40,037 nucleotides of DNA. Origin: Escherichia phage vB_EcoP_PHB19. The stretch lies in sequence record MN481365.1. One strand, 5' to 3'. The position numbers and the translations under genes were made by a program. Positions within the stretch are counted from its first letter, which is position 1; each line of letters opens with the position of its first letter. Shown here one piece after another: positions 19,858 to 31,019 of the stretch. The notes under the pieces are model-generated. The model saw only the letters and a list, made by a program, of their open reading frames with translations. It did no database searches and was not told the origin of the DNA.

Positions 19858-21465
19858 AATTCCCGGCTGTAAACCAACGGAATCAGCGGCAGCAGCCATA
19901 GCCTCAGGTGAAGCTGTAGCCTGTGCAGCCATACCTTGACCAAGCGCAGCAGCACCATTATCCATACCCATTTGCACAGACTGTTGGGCCATCTTCTGTT
20001 GCTTCTGTTCTTCGGTGAGAAGGATGCCAGAAGTATCAATTCCGATAGCGTTTGCAATGCGGAGCTTAATCATAGCAAGGTTAATATCTGGGTCATCACG
20101 CATTGGAGCAAGAGCTGCCCATGCAGTGACACAACGTTCCAGCTTATCTAGGTCTTGACCACGACCGATTGCTTCCAGACCTGTACTAATGGTTGGCTCT
20201 ACGGCTTCCTTAGGTAACTCAGGAATCTGTTGCGTGGCTTGTAGTTGCTTCAAGAGCACTCGTACCAGAGGCAATTGCAATTCTTGAGAAAGGATGGAGT
20301 AGACACCACCTAAAGTATCTTCAAGTTCAGAAGCGACATACCGAATCTCTTCGGCGGTCACTCGTTCACCTGTGCGCTGAACCGCAGAGTTCAACATAAA
20401 GGCAAACGAAAGGCGAGCCTCAATAGCGTCACTGACAGCCTTGGCTACGGTAAAGTCTGCTTGCTTCTCCAGTTGGAGGAACGAGATGTCTTCTGGGCGA
20501 CCAGTAACGAAGTCACCAGTCTGAGCTTTGGTCAGTCGGCGTGGCTGGGTGATACCAGCAGGATTCACTAAGCCGATAACCTTAGAGCTAATCATTGACA
20601 TCTTAACAATAGCCTCTTGGAGATTCTCAAGTGACCGTAAGTCGCCTAAGTATTCCTCAATGTACGAACGACCATAGGATTCGCCGTCCAGTCGAACCAT
20701 CCGAATCGGGATGTACGGGCAAGCCTCTTTAGGGTAAGACCCATCGGAGCCTTGTACCTCCATACCATCGACCTCTTCGTATCGGAGGTATTCGCCTGTG
20801 TCCTCATCCAGATAGATGTGAGTGTACACGTCGATGGTCTCATCGGCTTTCTTCTCACCACCTTGACCTTCTACAGCCTTACGGATGTCCTCAGGGAGAG
20901 CACCGAAAGCTATCTGGTCACGAGTCACCATTTGCAGAACGTTGCCGAATGCGTCTCGTTGGACCACATAAGAAGACAATCGGTACAGCTTCATGGGATT
21001 GTAGTTTGACCCTTCTGGTTCCGGTAGGTACAGCAAGACGTTACCCGCTACGACTAACTGCTTGAGAGCCTCAAAGAGAGTCACTCGGTAGCTGTTCGAC
21101 TCAATGTAGTTCATGATGATACGCTCTACCATTGAGAGACCCTCATCGACCTTAGCGAGTCCATCGGGGTCATTCAGTAACTGTTTGGCCTCATACTCAG
21201 AGATGGTCAGCTTCATCCACGTTTGCATCGGGAAGAGCGCCAGCATGAGCTTAGAGGCCAAGTTATTGAGACCGCGAGCACCCACAGCTTGCCACGGAGT
21301 TGTGTAGTCTGTAGATGCGTTATCGGAGTCCTTAGGGAAGAGGGACGGAATGGTGTACTGAGCGCAGTTTTGAGCACGAGTCTCATAGGGAGCACGGTCG
21401 TTCTTCAATCGCTCATAGACCGACTTTGCTCCTTCCTCGGCTAGACCTGTACGCTTCTCAGCCAT
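19855..21465 (-). CDS. 8: Portal (head-to-tail connector) protein
   Basis: 536 aa, same as T7 gp8. Confidence 0.97.
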   Translation of the reverse strand: MAEKRTGLAEEGAKSVYERLKNDRAPYETRAQNCAQYTIPSLFPKDSDNASTDYTTPWQAVGARGLNNLASKLMLALFPMQTWMKLTISEYEAKQLLNDPDGLAKVDEGLSMVERIIMNYIESNSYRVTLFEALKQLVVAGNVLLYLPEPEGSNYNPMKLYRLSSYVVQRDAFGNVLQMVTRDQIAFGALPEDIRKAVEGQGGEKKADETIDVYTHIYLDEDTGEYLRYEEVDGMEVQGSDGSYPKEACPYIPIRMVRLDGESYGRSYIEEYLGDLRSLENLQEAIVKMSMISSKVIGLVNPAGITQPRRLTKAQTGDFVTGRPEDISFLQLEKQADFTVAKAVSDAIEARLSFAFMLNSAVQRTGERVTAEEIRYVASELEDTLGGVYSILSQELQLPLVRVLLKQLQATQQIPELPKEAVEPTISTGLEAIGRGQDLDKLERCVTAWAALAPMRDDPDINLAMIKLRIANAIGIDTSGILLTEEQKQQKMAQQSVQMGMDNGAAALGQGMAAQATASPEAMAAAADSVGLQPGI

Positions 21466-21479
21466 GTGTCACCTCCTGA

Positions 21480-21812
21480 TTAAATGTTGATGCCGCCACC
21501 GGAGCTACGGGCTACACTCAATGACTTCTTACCACCAGAGCGAGCTTTCCTGCGTCCGCTTTCGGTCTGTGCTTCGTCCTCAGTGGAAACCTCTTTCTCA
21601 GGTACGTCAACAATCTGTGCAGCAGGAGTCGGGGCCGCTGGTACTTCCACTTCCTGTGCCGCGCCTACGCTACCAGCGAGACCACCAGCAATCTGTTTAA
21701 CCGGACGGGTAACTTCCTTAGCAACTTTCTTAACTGCTTTCTTAACGGACTTAGTGACTTTCTTAACTGCTTTCTTAACGGACTTAGTGACTTTCTTAAC
21801 TACCTTACCCAT
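21480..21812 (-). CDS. 7.3: gp7.3 tail/host-range protein with lysine-rich N-terminal repeats
   Basis: 110 aa; MGKVVKKVTKSVKKAVKKVTKSVKKAVKK... and C-terminus ...KKSLSVARSSGGGINI match T7 gp7.3. Contains a perfect 33-bp tandem duplication. Confidence 0.9.
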   Translation of the reverse strand: MGKVVKKVTKSVKKAVKKVTKSVKKAVKKVAKEVTRPVKQIAGGLAGSVGAAQEVEVPAAPTPAAQIVDVPEKEVSTEDEAQTESGRRKARSGGKKSLSVARSSGGGINI

Positions 21813-21815
21813 AAT

Positions 21816-22220
21816 TTATACCTCCTTAAAGTATACACGCATTGTCTCGCCTTCATGTTTACAGCGGGACACCCAATCGCAATCGTGGAGTTCTGCAAGG
21901 TACTTAAAGCGTTTCGCGAGGAATCGCTGTAAGCCTTTAGAGTCTGCCTCAGGATTAATGACAACTGACGTTACATCCATAATGTCACCTTTATGGTGAA
22001 TGTCGCAGCTTACGCACCACGCTAAGTACGCTACATGTTTTCCGGTAGAGTCAAGAATGTACTCTTCACGACAACCAGACATGTCCATAACTTCGTCAAC
22101 GTAGAGGCTGTAACCAATAAAGTGTCCTTCGAATCCCTTAGGCAACCCAAGGTGCTCCACAGTCCACCGGATTGCACGGAAGCGACTCTTGGCCTCCACA
22201 CATGTGAACTCAGACATCAC
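21816..22220 (-). CDS. 7: gp7 host-range protein
   Basis: 134 aa; position and sequence as T7 gp7. Confidence 0.85.
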   Translation of the reverse strand: MMSEFTCVEAKSRFRAIRWTVEHLGLPKGFEGHFIGYSLYVDEVMDMSGCREEYILDSTGKHVAYLAWCVSCDIHHKGDIMDVTSVVINPEADSKGLQRFLAKRFKYLAELHDCDWVSRCKHEGETMRVYFKEV

Positions 22221-22483
22221 TTCTTACCTCCAAATGCGGACTTACGGATTGAAGATTTCATACGAGCGGAACCAGTACCACTGGCTTTAGACTTCGCTAC
22301 GGAATCATCGCGTTCGACCTTGAGGTCTTTGCGTCCAGACACTTCGGTGCCCTCGGTATCCGTCTCATCAGAAGACCCACCGAACTCCACGCTTGACACT
22401 TCTTGGGTCAGAGGCGCTGGCTCAACGGCTCGAATCTGATTGGTATCCATCTTCGGAACTTTAACTTTCGGTGAGAAACACAT
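22217..22483 (-). CDS. 6.7: gp6.7 head protein
   Basis: Internal start MCFSPKVKVPKMDTNQIRAV, 88 aa as in T7 gp6.7. Confidence 0.85.
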   Translation of the reverse strand: MCFSPKVKVPKMDTNQIRAVEPAPLTQEVSSVEFGGSSDETDTEGTEVSGRKDLKVERDDSVAKSKASGTGSARMKSSIRKSAFGGKK

Positions 22484-22487
22484 AAGG

Positions 22488-22742
22488 TCAATCCTCCCCA
22501 TCTTCTCTTAGTTGTTCCTTGCGTAACTCAATCTCGTCAATGACGTTAGAGGCATACTGTAGGCCCTGAATGAAACCCAAGATGTGAGCTTCACTACAGC
22601 CATTAGCACGCATAAGTCCTATATGACCAGACGCTTCGAGATACGCATAGTTGAATCGAACCTGTAGATACTCAGTGGTTGCACGAGGTACATCTGGAAT
22701 ATCGTTAGGGTTCTTAAGTAATTGGTTAATAGGTGTTAACAT
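22488..22742 (-). CDS. 6.5: gp6.5
   Basis: 84 aa, same length and position as T7 gp6.5. Confidence 0.85.
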   Translation of the reverse strand: MLTPINQLLKNPNDIPDVPRATTEYLQVRFNYAYLEASGHIGLMRANGCSEAHILGFIQGLQYASNVIDEIELRKEQLREDGED

Positions 22743-22797
22743 GATAAAGATTCCTCTTAGAGTTAAATCTTAAAGTAATAATCATAAAGGCCCCTAT

Positions 22798-22820
22798 CTC
22801 CCTATAGTGAGTCGTATTAA
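22798..22820 (-). promoter_or_regulatory. T7 RNAP promoter phi6.5
   Basis: taatacgactcactataggggag on the coding strand; may be shifted by 1 nt. Confidence 0.85.
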
Positions 22821-22839
22821 TTTAGGGACCTTGAGTTTA

Positions 22840-22953
22840 TCACTTAGTGTCGTGTAACGACTTGATTATTCGGGCTAAGTCCCAAAGGCCCCACGCAATG
22901 AGGCCCATTCCGAGAACACAAAGACCAATGCCGATATACGCTACGGTCTCCAC
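22840..22953 (-). CDS. 6.3: gp6.3 small membrane protein (37 aa), overlapping the end of gene 6
   Basis: Frame with AAGGAG Shine-Dalgarno and GTG start giving (M)ETVAYIGIGLCVLGMGLIAWGLWDLARIIKSLHDTK; same size and position as T7 gp6.3. Coordinates +/-1. Confidence 0.65.
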   Translation of the reverse strand: METVAYIGIGLCVLGMGLIAWGLWDLARIIKSLHDTK

Positions 22954-23843
22954 AGGTAAATCTCCTTGTCAATAAAGTTGTACTCGTTGAACCGTAGGAT
23001 GCGAGCCATCTGGCCTTGTTTAATAACATCCTCTTCGGTCATACCAGCCTTCGCTCCGATGGACTTAATGCAGTCCCAGAGCGTTTCATGCGGCTCAGGG
23101 TCGCGCTTAACCCACTTAGTCACCTCCTGCCCCTTATTCTTACCAGACTTAAGCACAGAGGTCTTAGGCTCGGTAATAAATGGATTATTCAGGAAGTCCT
23201 CAGCGGTATCGCCCCATCCAGCAATTCCTGAGTAACCATCAGTGATGTCTCCCTTAATTGTCTGGAAGAGGTGCCACCAGTCCGCTGACTCTTCTGTCTG
23301 TGTCAGGATGTTACCAGTGGTACACCACAGGAAGTCGCAGTTAGGGATTGTCTTAAAGTCCTTATCACATGAGATAATTACAGCTTTACGGGCACCGAAT
23401 GCAGACGGATTGGAAGCTATCACTCCAATAACGTCATCACCCTCAAGCATAGGCTCACGAATGCAGTAGAACTCCTCACGCTCAAAGAGCGCCTCAAGGA
23501 ACTCAAAGTAACCTACAGGTTTCTTCGTGGCCTTACGGTTAGCCTTGTAGTTCGGGTCCACCAGTTCTTTGCGCCAGTTGATACTATCGGTGAACGCAAG
23601 GACAATCGGAGCACCTACCCAAGCCTTCTTACGGGTCTCATAGGACTTGATGGAATCCTCAAGAATCTGACGGGCCTTAGCGTGGTCACAGCAGCGGTGC
23701 CAAATCTCCTCCTCCCAAGAGGCATCAAACTCAGCAGCACTCATCGCTTGGAAGACCAGCCAGTCACCATCCATCACTAGGATACCCTTGTCGTCACAGC
23801 CTTCACGTAACTCGTAGAACTCCTTCAATGTAAGGACGCTCAT
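22941..23843 (-). CDS. 6: 5'-3' exonuclease
   Basis: 300 aa, same as T7 gp6; FEN-family motifs. Confidence 0.97.
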   Translation of the reverse strand: MSVLTLKEFYELREGCDDKGILVMDGDWLVFQAMSAAEFDASWEEEIWHRCCDHAKARQILEDSIKSYETRKKAWVGAPIVLAFTDSINWRKELVDPNYKANRKATKKPVGYFEFLEALFEREEFYCIREPMLEGDDVIGVIASNPSAFGARKAVIISCDKDFKTIPNCDFLWCTTGNILTQTEESADWWHLFQTIKGDITDGYSGIAGWGDTAEDFLNNPFITEPKTSVLKSGKNKGQEVTKWVKRDPEPHETLWDCIKSIGAKAGMTEEDVIKQGQMARILRFNEYNFIDKEIYLWRP

Positions 23844-23964
23844 TCTTTAACCTCCTTATCACACTTTAGGCACCACCAATAGGAACAACCAGCATAACCA
23901 TCTAATATAGGGTGCTGCCCACATTTAGGACATTTTAACTTCGAAGCTACTAAACCTCTGAGGC

Positions 23965-24147
23965 TCATAGGTCATCCTCCGTAAAGAGTTCAGCCACAGC
24001 GTCATCATATCCACACCAATTGTCTACACCATGGGCCTCAAGAGCATCCAGCTTCGCTAGGCGACCCTCAAAGAACTCAATATATGCGTTAACATCGTTC
24101 CATGCATCACGAGGCATCGTTACAGTGTCACTTTTAGATATACTCAT
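23965..24147 (-). CDS. 5.9: gp5.9 homolog (RecBCD inhibitor in T7)
   Basis: Internal Met gives MSISKSDTVTMPRDAWNDVNAYIEF..., which resembles T7 gp5.9 (MSRDLVTIPRDVWNDIQGYIDS...). Confidence 0.7.
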   Translation of the reverse strand: MSISKSDTVTMPRDAWNDVNAYIEFFEGRLAKLDALEAHGVDNWCGYDDAVAELFTEDDL

Positions 24148-24353
24148 ACACACCCTCCCATTCGTTTCAGAAAGCGAGTACCAGAAGCAGTGATTTCCCA
24201 AGCTCCACCGTTTCGTCCACTTGTGGTCAGACATGATATGTGACCACGAGAAGCGGCCTCAGCTACGAGGCTCGCATTGTTGCGTACATAGTTGGACTGG
24301 AAAGTCTTAGGGCAACTCTTGATTGCTTGCAGCACTTTCAGGTAGTCAGACAT
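24144..24353 (-). CDS. 5.7: gp5.7
   Basis: 69 aa MSDYLKVLQAIKSCPKTFQSNYV..., matches T7 gp5.7. Confidence 0.9.
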   Translation of the reverse strand: MSDYLKVLQAIKSCPKTFQSNYVRNNASLVAEAASRGHISCLTTSGRNGGAWEITASGTRFLKRMGGCV

Positions 24354-24655
24354 TAGAACACCTCCCGCACAGTGGCTGGGGAGAATCGCATCAATTTACG
24401 TTCAGACTCACTCAGGTCCTTGTAGTTATCCTTAACGAAGGAACGAAGTCCTTGCTTAATCAGGAACGTGGCGAGGCCATCGGGACCATGCGTCAACGCT
24501 TGGACCAGTAACTCTTTCTTAAAGTCGTCAACTTGTTCACCAGCGGCTACTTCCTTGGCAACTCGCATAACGCAGTCTCGCAGGTTTTGTTCACCTTCAC
24601 TAGTTACCACAGCGGTAACGTCGAAGGACACTTTAAATTTCTTGGTCATAGCCAT
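24353..24655 (-). CDS. 5.5: gp5.5 (binds H-NS in T7)
   Basis: Internal start MAMTKKFKVSFDVTA... and C-terminus ...SPATVREVF match T7 gp5.5. Confidence 0.85.
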   Translation of the reverse strand: MAMTKKFKVSFDVTAVVTSEGEQNLRDCVMRVAKEVAAGEQVDDFKKELLVQALTHGPDGLATFLIKQGLRSFVKDNYKDLSESERKLMRFSPATVREVF

Positions 24656-24674
24656 AATAGTTTCTCCTATAGAA

Positions 24675-26789
24675 TTAGTGACATACGGCCCAATTAGGAC
24701 CAATCTTACCTTCGGTATCCAGAAGACACCGGAAGTTCCAGTGGTCTCCTACCCAGCGCATCGCTTCCTGTGCTGTATCGATGACCACCTGAGCAATCTC
24801 TTTGGTACGGCAACCTACTTGGATTTCATCATGTACCCATGCCATGTACGCAAAGTCCCCATCCCAGCCGTGCTTCAAGCCTTTATCTACGAGCATCTCT
24901 TCGGTCTTGATAATCCACAGTTTGCAGATTAGAGCACCAGCAGATTGCAGTAGTGTATTCAAGGCGGCGTGAGGACTACGAACGTGTACCTTACGACCAT
25001 CCAGACCTTTAATCCAGCGGCGTTTCCACTTGACTTGTTGCTCACCGGCTACCCACTGAGAGGACTCGACAAGTGTCTGTTGGATAGACTCTCGGAGTGC
25101 TGCAATCGCAGGGGTGTTCTCAAGGAATTTCTTCTTGAGTTCCTTACCGCGCTCTTTACCAGCACCAACAATCTGCCCAATCTTCTCGTCACCAGCACCA
25201 TAGAGGAACCCATAGATGAACGTCTTAGCGTTATCACGGGTTGGCAATTCAGCAGCCATCTGGTTCTTAGTGTGAATGTCACCATTAAGAATCTCGTGAG
25301 CATACTCACCGTTATCAAAGCGAGCCATGAAGTGAGCCAAGCAGCGTAGCTCCAGACCGGATGCGTCGATGCCAGCCTGAACCCAAGGCTTACCTGTAAG
25401 TCCATCTAGGTGATGTTCAGCACCAAAAGCAGCACGGCATTGTTCACCGTATGGCGAACGTACACCTGGAATTTGCGCAAGGTTAGGGAAAGCATGAGTG
25501 GCGCGACCAGTAACTGCCCCGTTAGGGTTTACAGAACCATGAATCTTACCGTCCTCGGCAACGTAACGAAGCCATGCCTTATCTCCCTCAGCGGACTGTC
25601 CGATTCTCTTCTGAATCATCAAGTATTCTTTAATGAGGTCGATAGCAGCTTGCTTCTCAGGGTCATCTACACGTACTCCTTCTAGTACCTCATCGTCTAC
25701 CACAGGCGCACCCTTATCGGTGTACTTCGTTGGGACCCATCCAGCCTCTTGAAGTTTCTTCTGAATGTGGTCACGAGACGAAGGGTTAAACACTACGTGC
25801 TCAACTGGCGTATAAGGAGCACCAGCAACGTACTCGCGGGTATCCAGTTCGCAAGGCTCACGGCCTTCTCTCTGTGCCTTGTTCTTAGGCTTCTTAAAGA
25901 TGCCACCAACTTTAGGTGTCTTAATGCGAGGATACTTAGGAAGTGGTTTACCAGTCCTCGGATGGCAGAACATTTCGGTGCCACCTTTAGGTTGATACCA
26001 TGAGCCGAACGTTTCGGTCAGCTTGCGCAGCAACTCAGAGCGACGAGCAGCTAACTCTACGTACAACTCTTCGATTGCTTTCGTGTCAAACGGGAATCCA
26101 TTGCGCTCTTGCTTAGCGAGTAGCCATGCAGCGCGATGTTCAACGTCAACGGCCTCAAGGGATTCTGACCAGAACGTAGTGTATCCTACGTCCGTAAAGT
26201 CAATCTCAGGCGGGAAGTAATGTTTATCAGAGAGTAACTTCTCAAGGAGAGCCTTAGTGACCACAACGTCCTGAACGTTATAGTCCATCATCTCTTCGTT
26301 GAAGTTCCACCATTCCATTCCGTCAATGTATTCTTCACCTTGCTCTTCAAGCATACGCTTAAAGTCATCCTTGTATTCACCCTTCATCTCGCCTAAGCGA
26401 TAACCCCACGCCTCCAGAGCGTGAGACCCAAAGCGTTTACCAGGCAACTTACCGGAACGCAGAAGACCCATATCGGTGTCTTTTAGGTTGGAGTGAATCA
26501 AGCGTGACAACACAAGGGTGTCAATACAGTTCTCCCGTGGAATGTGGAACTCACGGTTCAATTGCAGTTTAGCCAGTTTGGTCAATGCGGGAACGTCATA
26601 CTTGTGACCGTTGTGGAACACAATAAGACCGCCTCGTGCAACCTCGGCTTCCAGCGCATCCAGATACGCACCGAAGTCACTCGGACGGTAGCTTACGTAC
26701 TCATCGGTGGAGTAGTCGTAGATAACCCCGCAGTGGAACTTAGTGACGCTCTCTAAGAGGGCGTTAGCTTCGATGTCAGAAACGATCAT
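24675..26789 (-). CDS. 5: DNA polymerase (family A) with 3'-5' exonuclease domain
   Basis: 704 aa, same as T7 gp5. Confidence 0.98.
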
Positions 26790-26808
26790 ATTGATTTCTC
26801 CTTAGGTA

Positions 26809-27225
26809 TTACTTACCTGTAAATGCACGAACGATTTCATTATATGGGACAACTCTCAGTTGATCAGCCTGATACATCTTAGACGACTCTTGTGCTATAA
26901 CGCAGTCAAAGACTATGCGTTCTATAAACGACACTTGTGCTAGGTGGCCTCTTACACTTCGCACGTAACCATATCCACCCACGACTCCCGTGTCAACCTT
27001 AACCCAATCACCAGCCTTGATGTGTGTCATAGTGTCCTTATCGAACACCTTGTGGCTCAGCTTGTAAGATTCCGGCTTCTTCCAGCCAGTCTGTCGAGTC
27101 CAAGTCCACCCTAAGTTCTTCAAAATGTGAACAGCGGAGCGAGTCTTGGCTTCATGGCACTTAACGTCCTCAAGTTCAGCTTCAAGTTTAGCGATTTCTG
27201 CTTGGATAATTTTAGGGTCACGCAT
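26809..27225 (-). CDS. 4.7: gp4.7
   Basis: Internal start MRDPKIIQAEIAKLEAELEDVK..., matches T7 gp4.7; the track ORF reads through the promoter. Confidence 0.85.
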   Translation of the reverse strand: MRDPKIIQAEIAKLEAELEDVKCHEAKTRSAVHILKNLGWTWTRQTGWKKPESYKLSHKVFDKDTMTHIKAGDWVKVDTGVVGGYGYVRSVRGHLAQVSFIERIVFDCVIAQESSKMYQADQLRVVPYNEIVRAFTGK

Positions 27226-27232
27226 GATAATA

Positions 27233-27258
27233 TCTCCTATAGTGAGTCGAATAGTATT
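27233..27258 (-). promoter_or_regulatory. T7 RNAP promoter phi4.7 (variant upstream half)
   Basis: Coding strand taatactattcgactcactataggagat: the -12 to +1 core is conserved, the -17 to -13 AT-recognition region differs from consensus. Confidence 0.7.
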
Positions 27259-27298
27259 AATGAAGGCCACCACTTTGGCGACCTTGAGTGTATCACTC
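27258..27298 (-). promoter_or_regulatory. RNase III site R4.7
   Basis: atgaaggccaccactttggcgaccttgagtg, conserved RNase III hairpin motif. Confidence 0.55.
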
Positions 27299-27568
27299 TT
27301 AACTATCAATCTTGTCGAGGATAGCCATAGCTTCATCAACGCGACCAGCCTCATGAATTGCGGTCACGGCAGCTTTGGTAAGCGCATTGACCAGACGCAG
27401 TGCTTGCTCGTCCGTCAACGTCATACGCTGAGTGTGATTCTTAGAGGACTTAGAGTCCTTCCAACGGTAAACCATAGTAGCCTTTCCGTTACGAACGTTG
27501 ATGTGAACTCGACGGTTCCACTGGTCGGCGGTATCGGATAGACGGATAGTTTCAGCTACTTGTGTCAT
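27299..27568 (-). CDS. 4.5: gp4.5
   Basis: Internal start MTQVAETIRLSDTADQWNRRVHINV...; 89 aa, near-identical to T7 gp4.5. Confidence 0.9.
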   Translation of the reverse strand: MTQVAETIRLSDTADQWNRRVHINVRNGKATMVYRWKDSKSSKNHTQRMTLTDEQALRLVNALTKAAVTAIHEAGRVDEAMAILDKIDS

Positions 27569-27587
27569 GATAGTTTCTCCTGTTTGA

Positions 27588-27800
27588 TTACTCAAAGAAT
27601 TTGGAAAGCTGTTGAGCTTGGTTTGCTACACGGGCAGCTTCGGTAACTTTAGTGGATGCACTGTCAGCCAGTTCGCTTGAGCGAATCGACAGAGCGCGTG
27701 ACTGTGCGGCCTCTTTACGAGCCTCATCGTTCATACGTTTTGCTTCCACGTTGTACATACGAACCAGCAGTTGGCCTAATTTCTTAATCAGTTTGAACAT
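27588..27800 (-). CDS. 4.3: gp4.3
   Basis: 70 aa, same length and position as T7 gp4.3. Confidence 0.85.
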   Translation of the reverse strand: MFKLIKKLGQLLVRMYNVEAKRMNDEARKEAAQSRALSIRSSELADSASTKVTEAARVANQAQQLSKFFE

Positions 27801-27805
27801 GGGTG

Positions 27806-27824
27806 TCTCCTTTAGTGAGTCGTA

Positions 27825-27827
<3 letters not shown>
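27806..27827 (-). promoter_or_regulatory. T7 RNAP promoter phi4.3
   Basis: taatacgactcactaaaggagac on the coding strand. Confidence 0.85.
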
Positions 27828-29601
<1,774 letters not shown>

Positions 29602-29633
29602 TCAATAATGCGAACAAAGGGAAACCGTTGTGG

Positions 29634-29656
29634 TCTCCCTATAGTGAGTTCAATTA
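29634..29656 (-). promoter_or_regulatory. T7 RNAP promoter phi3.8
   Basis: taattgaactcactatagggaga on the coding strand, directly upstream of gene 4 with no gene 3.8 between. Confidence 0.8.
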
Positions 29657-30109
29657 GCCACGGTCAGACGTGACAAGTTCGTTCTTCTCCCACCAACGCT
29701 TAAGGTCGAACGAAGGGCAAGCCTTGGGTGCGACATCGTGATGGGCTTTCAGTACAGCGCCTTCGTACTTAGCCAGTAGTGTGACAAGCAGTGAGCGAAG
29801 GGATTTCATTTGGGCTGGCGTAAAGTTAGCTTCGAACTTACCTTTATCGTCAATGCCACCAACAAGGCAGACACCGATTGAGTTGTGATTGTGGCCCTTA
29901 GCGTGAGAACCTACAGCCATCTCGTCTCGGCCTTCCTCTACAGTGCCATCTCGTTTGATGATAAAGTGATACCCCACATCAAGCCAACCTTGCTCTTTAT
30001 GCCACTGACGAATCTCACGGACACCTACATTCTGACTTGGCTTGGTAGCCGAGCAGTGAACAAAAATTGCGTCAGTAGATTCACGTTGTTTAAACTGTAC
30101 ACGAGCCAT
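29654..30109 (-). CDS. 3.5: Lysozyme (N-acetylmuramoyl-L-alanine amidase), also an RNAP inhibitor in T7
   Basis: 151 aa, T7 gp3.5 length and sequence. Confidence 0.97.
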   Translation of the reverse strand: MARVQFKQRESTDAIFVHCSATKPSQNVGVREIRQWHKEQGWLDVGYHFIIKRDGTVEEGRDEMAVGSHAKGHNHNSIGVCLVGGIDDKGKFEANFTPAQMKSLRSLLVTLLAKYEGAVLKAHHDVAPKACPSFDLKRWWEKNELVTSDRG

Positions 30110-30561
30110 TATTTCTTCTCCTTCTTAATAATCATTTTGTCCCAAGGAATCTCCTTACTAGGTTCTTTAAGCCATTCCGCAGGTATCAACTTATCTGCGA
30201 ACTTAATGCTGTGTTTTTCTGCCCACTCACCGTAGCTGGTGGGAGACCCTTTGTATAACTTGGTGCGACTTGAAGAGAACACGATGCGTATATCGAGGTC
30301 TGGGAACTGTTCGCGAATAAGCAAATGTTTCTTACGGTCTTCTGCTTCGAACAATCCCTTGAACTCTACTATGATACCGTTTGGTAGCAACGCGTCAGGT
30401 GTATATTTATGGTTACTAGCTGGTATTACATAAGGGATTGAGAATGATTCATATTTAGCCTTAACTCCCATACTCTCCAAGCGTGCCATATTTTTCTCTT
30501 CAAGTCCACTTCGGTAGTTTCCTACACGTTTAATTCCTCGTGCTGCGTAACATGCTGCCAT
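30109..30561 (-). CDS. 3: Endonuclease I (Holliday-junction resolvase), divergent from T7
   Basis: 150 aa with the conserved core PYVIPASNH.YTPD..LPNGI.VE.KG...DRKKHLLIREQ.P.LDIRIVFSSSRTKLYKGSPTSYGE; about two-thirds identical to T7 gp3 by eye; DNA visibly more AT-rich than its neighbours. Confidence 0.9.
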   Translation of the reverse strand: MAACYAARGIKRVGNYRSGLEEKNMARLESMGVKAKYESFSIPYVIPASNHKYTPDALLPNGIIVEFKGLFEAEDRKKHLLIREQFPDLDIRIVFSSSRTKLYKGSPTSYGEWAEKHSIKFADKLIPAEWLKEPSKEIPWDKMIIKKEKK

Positions 30562-31019
30562 GCCTTACCTCTCTTTATGCAATGAATTAACTTCTGAGAG
30601 ACTCCAAACAGTGCTGCAAGTTTACGCTGCGACAAGGTTGACATATAGATTTCAAGTACCTCTTCTTCTGTCAGTTTAGCATTAACATGGTCACTTCCAA
30701 TCATTACCGGAGGTAGTTTGTTCCTCCCTCTACTGATAGCGTCTGAGCTGTTATCCTTATATGTGCCGCTACGCAAGTGCTCAGGATTACAACACTTGCG
30801 ATTATCACAGGAGTGTAAAACTAGCTGGCCTTTTGGAATCTCGCCAATGAACACCTCGTGTGAGACCCTATGTGCCGTCTCATTCCGGTGCCCTCCTGTA
30901 GCAATGTTTCCATAACCGTGACTCCCGAATGACTTCTGCCATATCCAGCATCCATTCTCATCGGGAATCACATTGTCTAGAATTTTCTTCTGCAATGCCT
31001 CACGGCTAAGGCGTGGCAT
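30522..31019 (-). CDS. HNH-family (HNH_3-type) endonuclease, putative homing endonuclease, at the T7 gene 2.8 position
   Basis: 165 aa; ENGCWIWQ...GYGNI...HRVSHEVFIGEIPKGQLVLHSCDNRKCCNPEHL is an HNH_3-like signature, followed by a helix-turn-helix-like tail. Start overlaps the gene 2.5 stop (TAATG); the 3' end overlaps gene 3. Confidence 0.8.
   Translation of the reverse strand: MPRLSREALQKKILDNVIPDENGCWIWQKSFGSHGYGNIATGGHRNETAHRVSHEVFIGEIPKGQLVLHSCDNRKCCNPEHLRSGTYKDNSSDAISRGRNKLPPVMIGSDHVNAKLTEEEVLEIYMSTLSQRKLAALFGVSQKLIHCIKRGKAWQHVTQHEELNV

Noticed and set aside
22844-23029. 61-aa minus-strand ORF overlapping the end of gene 6
   Set aside because: It has no counterpart in T7. The real small gene here (6.3) is in the other frame with a GTG start and an AAGGAG Shine-Dalgarno.
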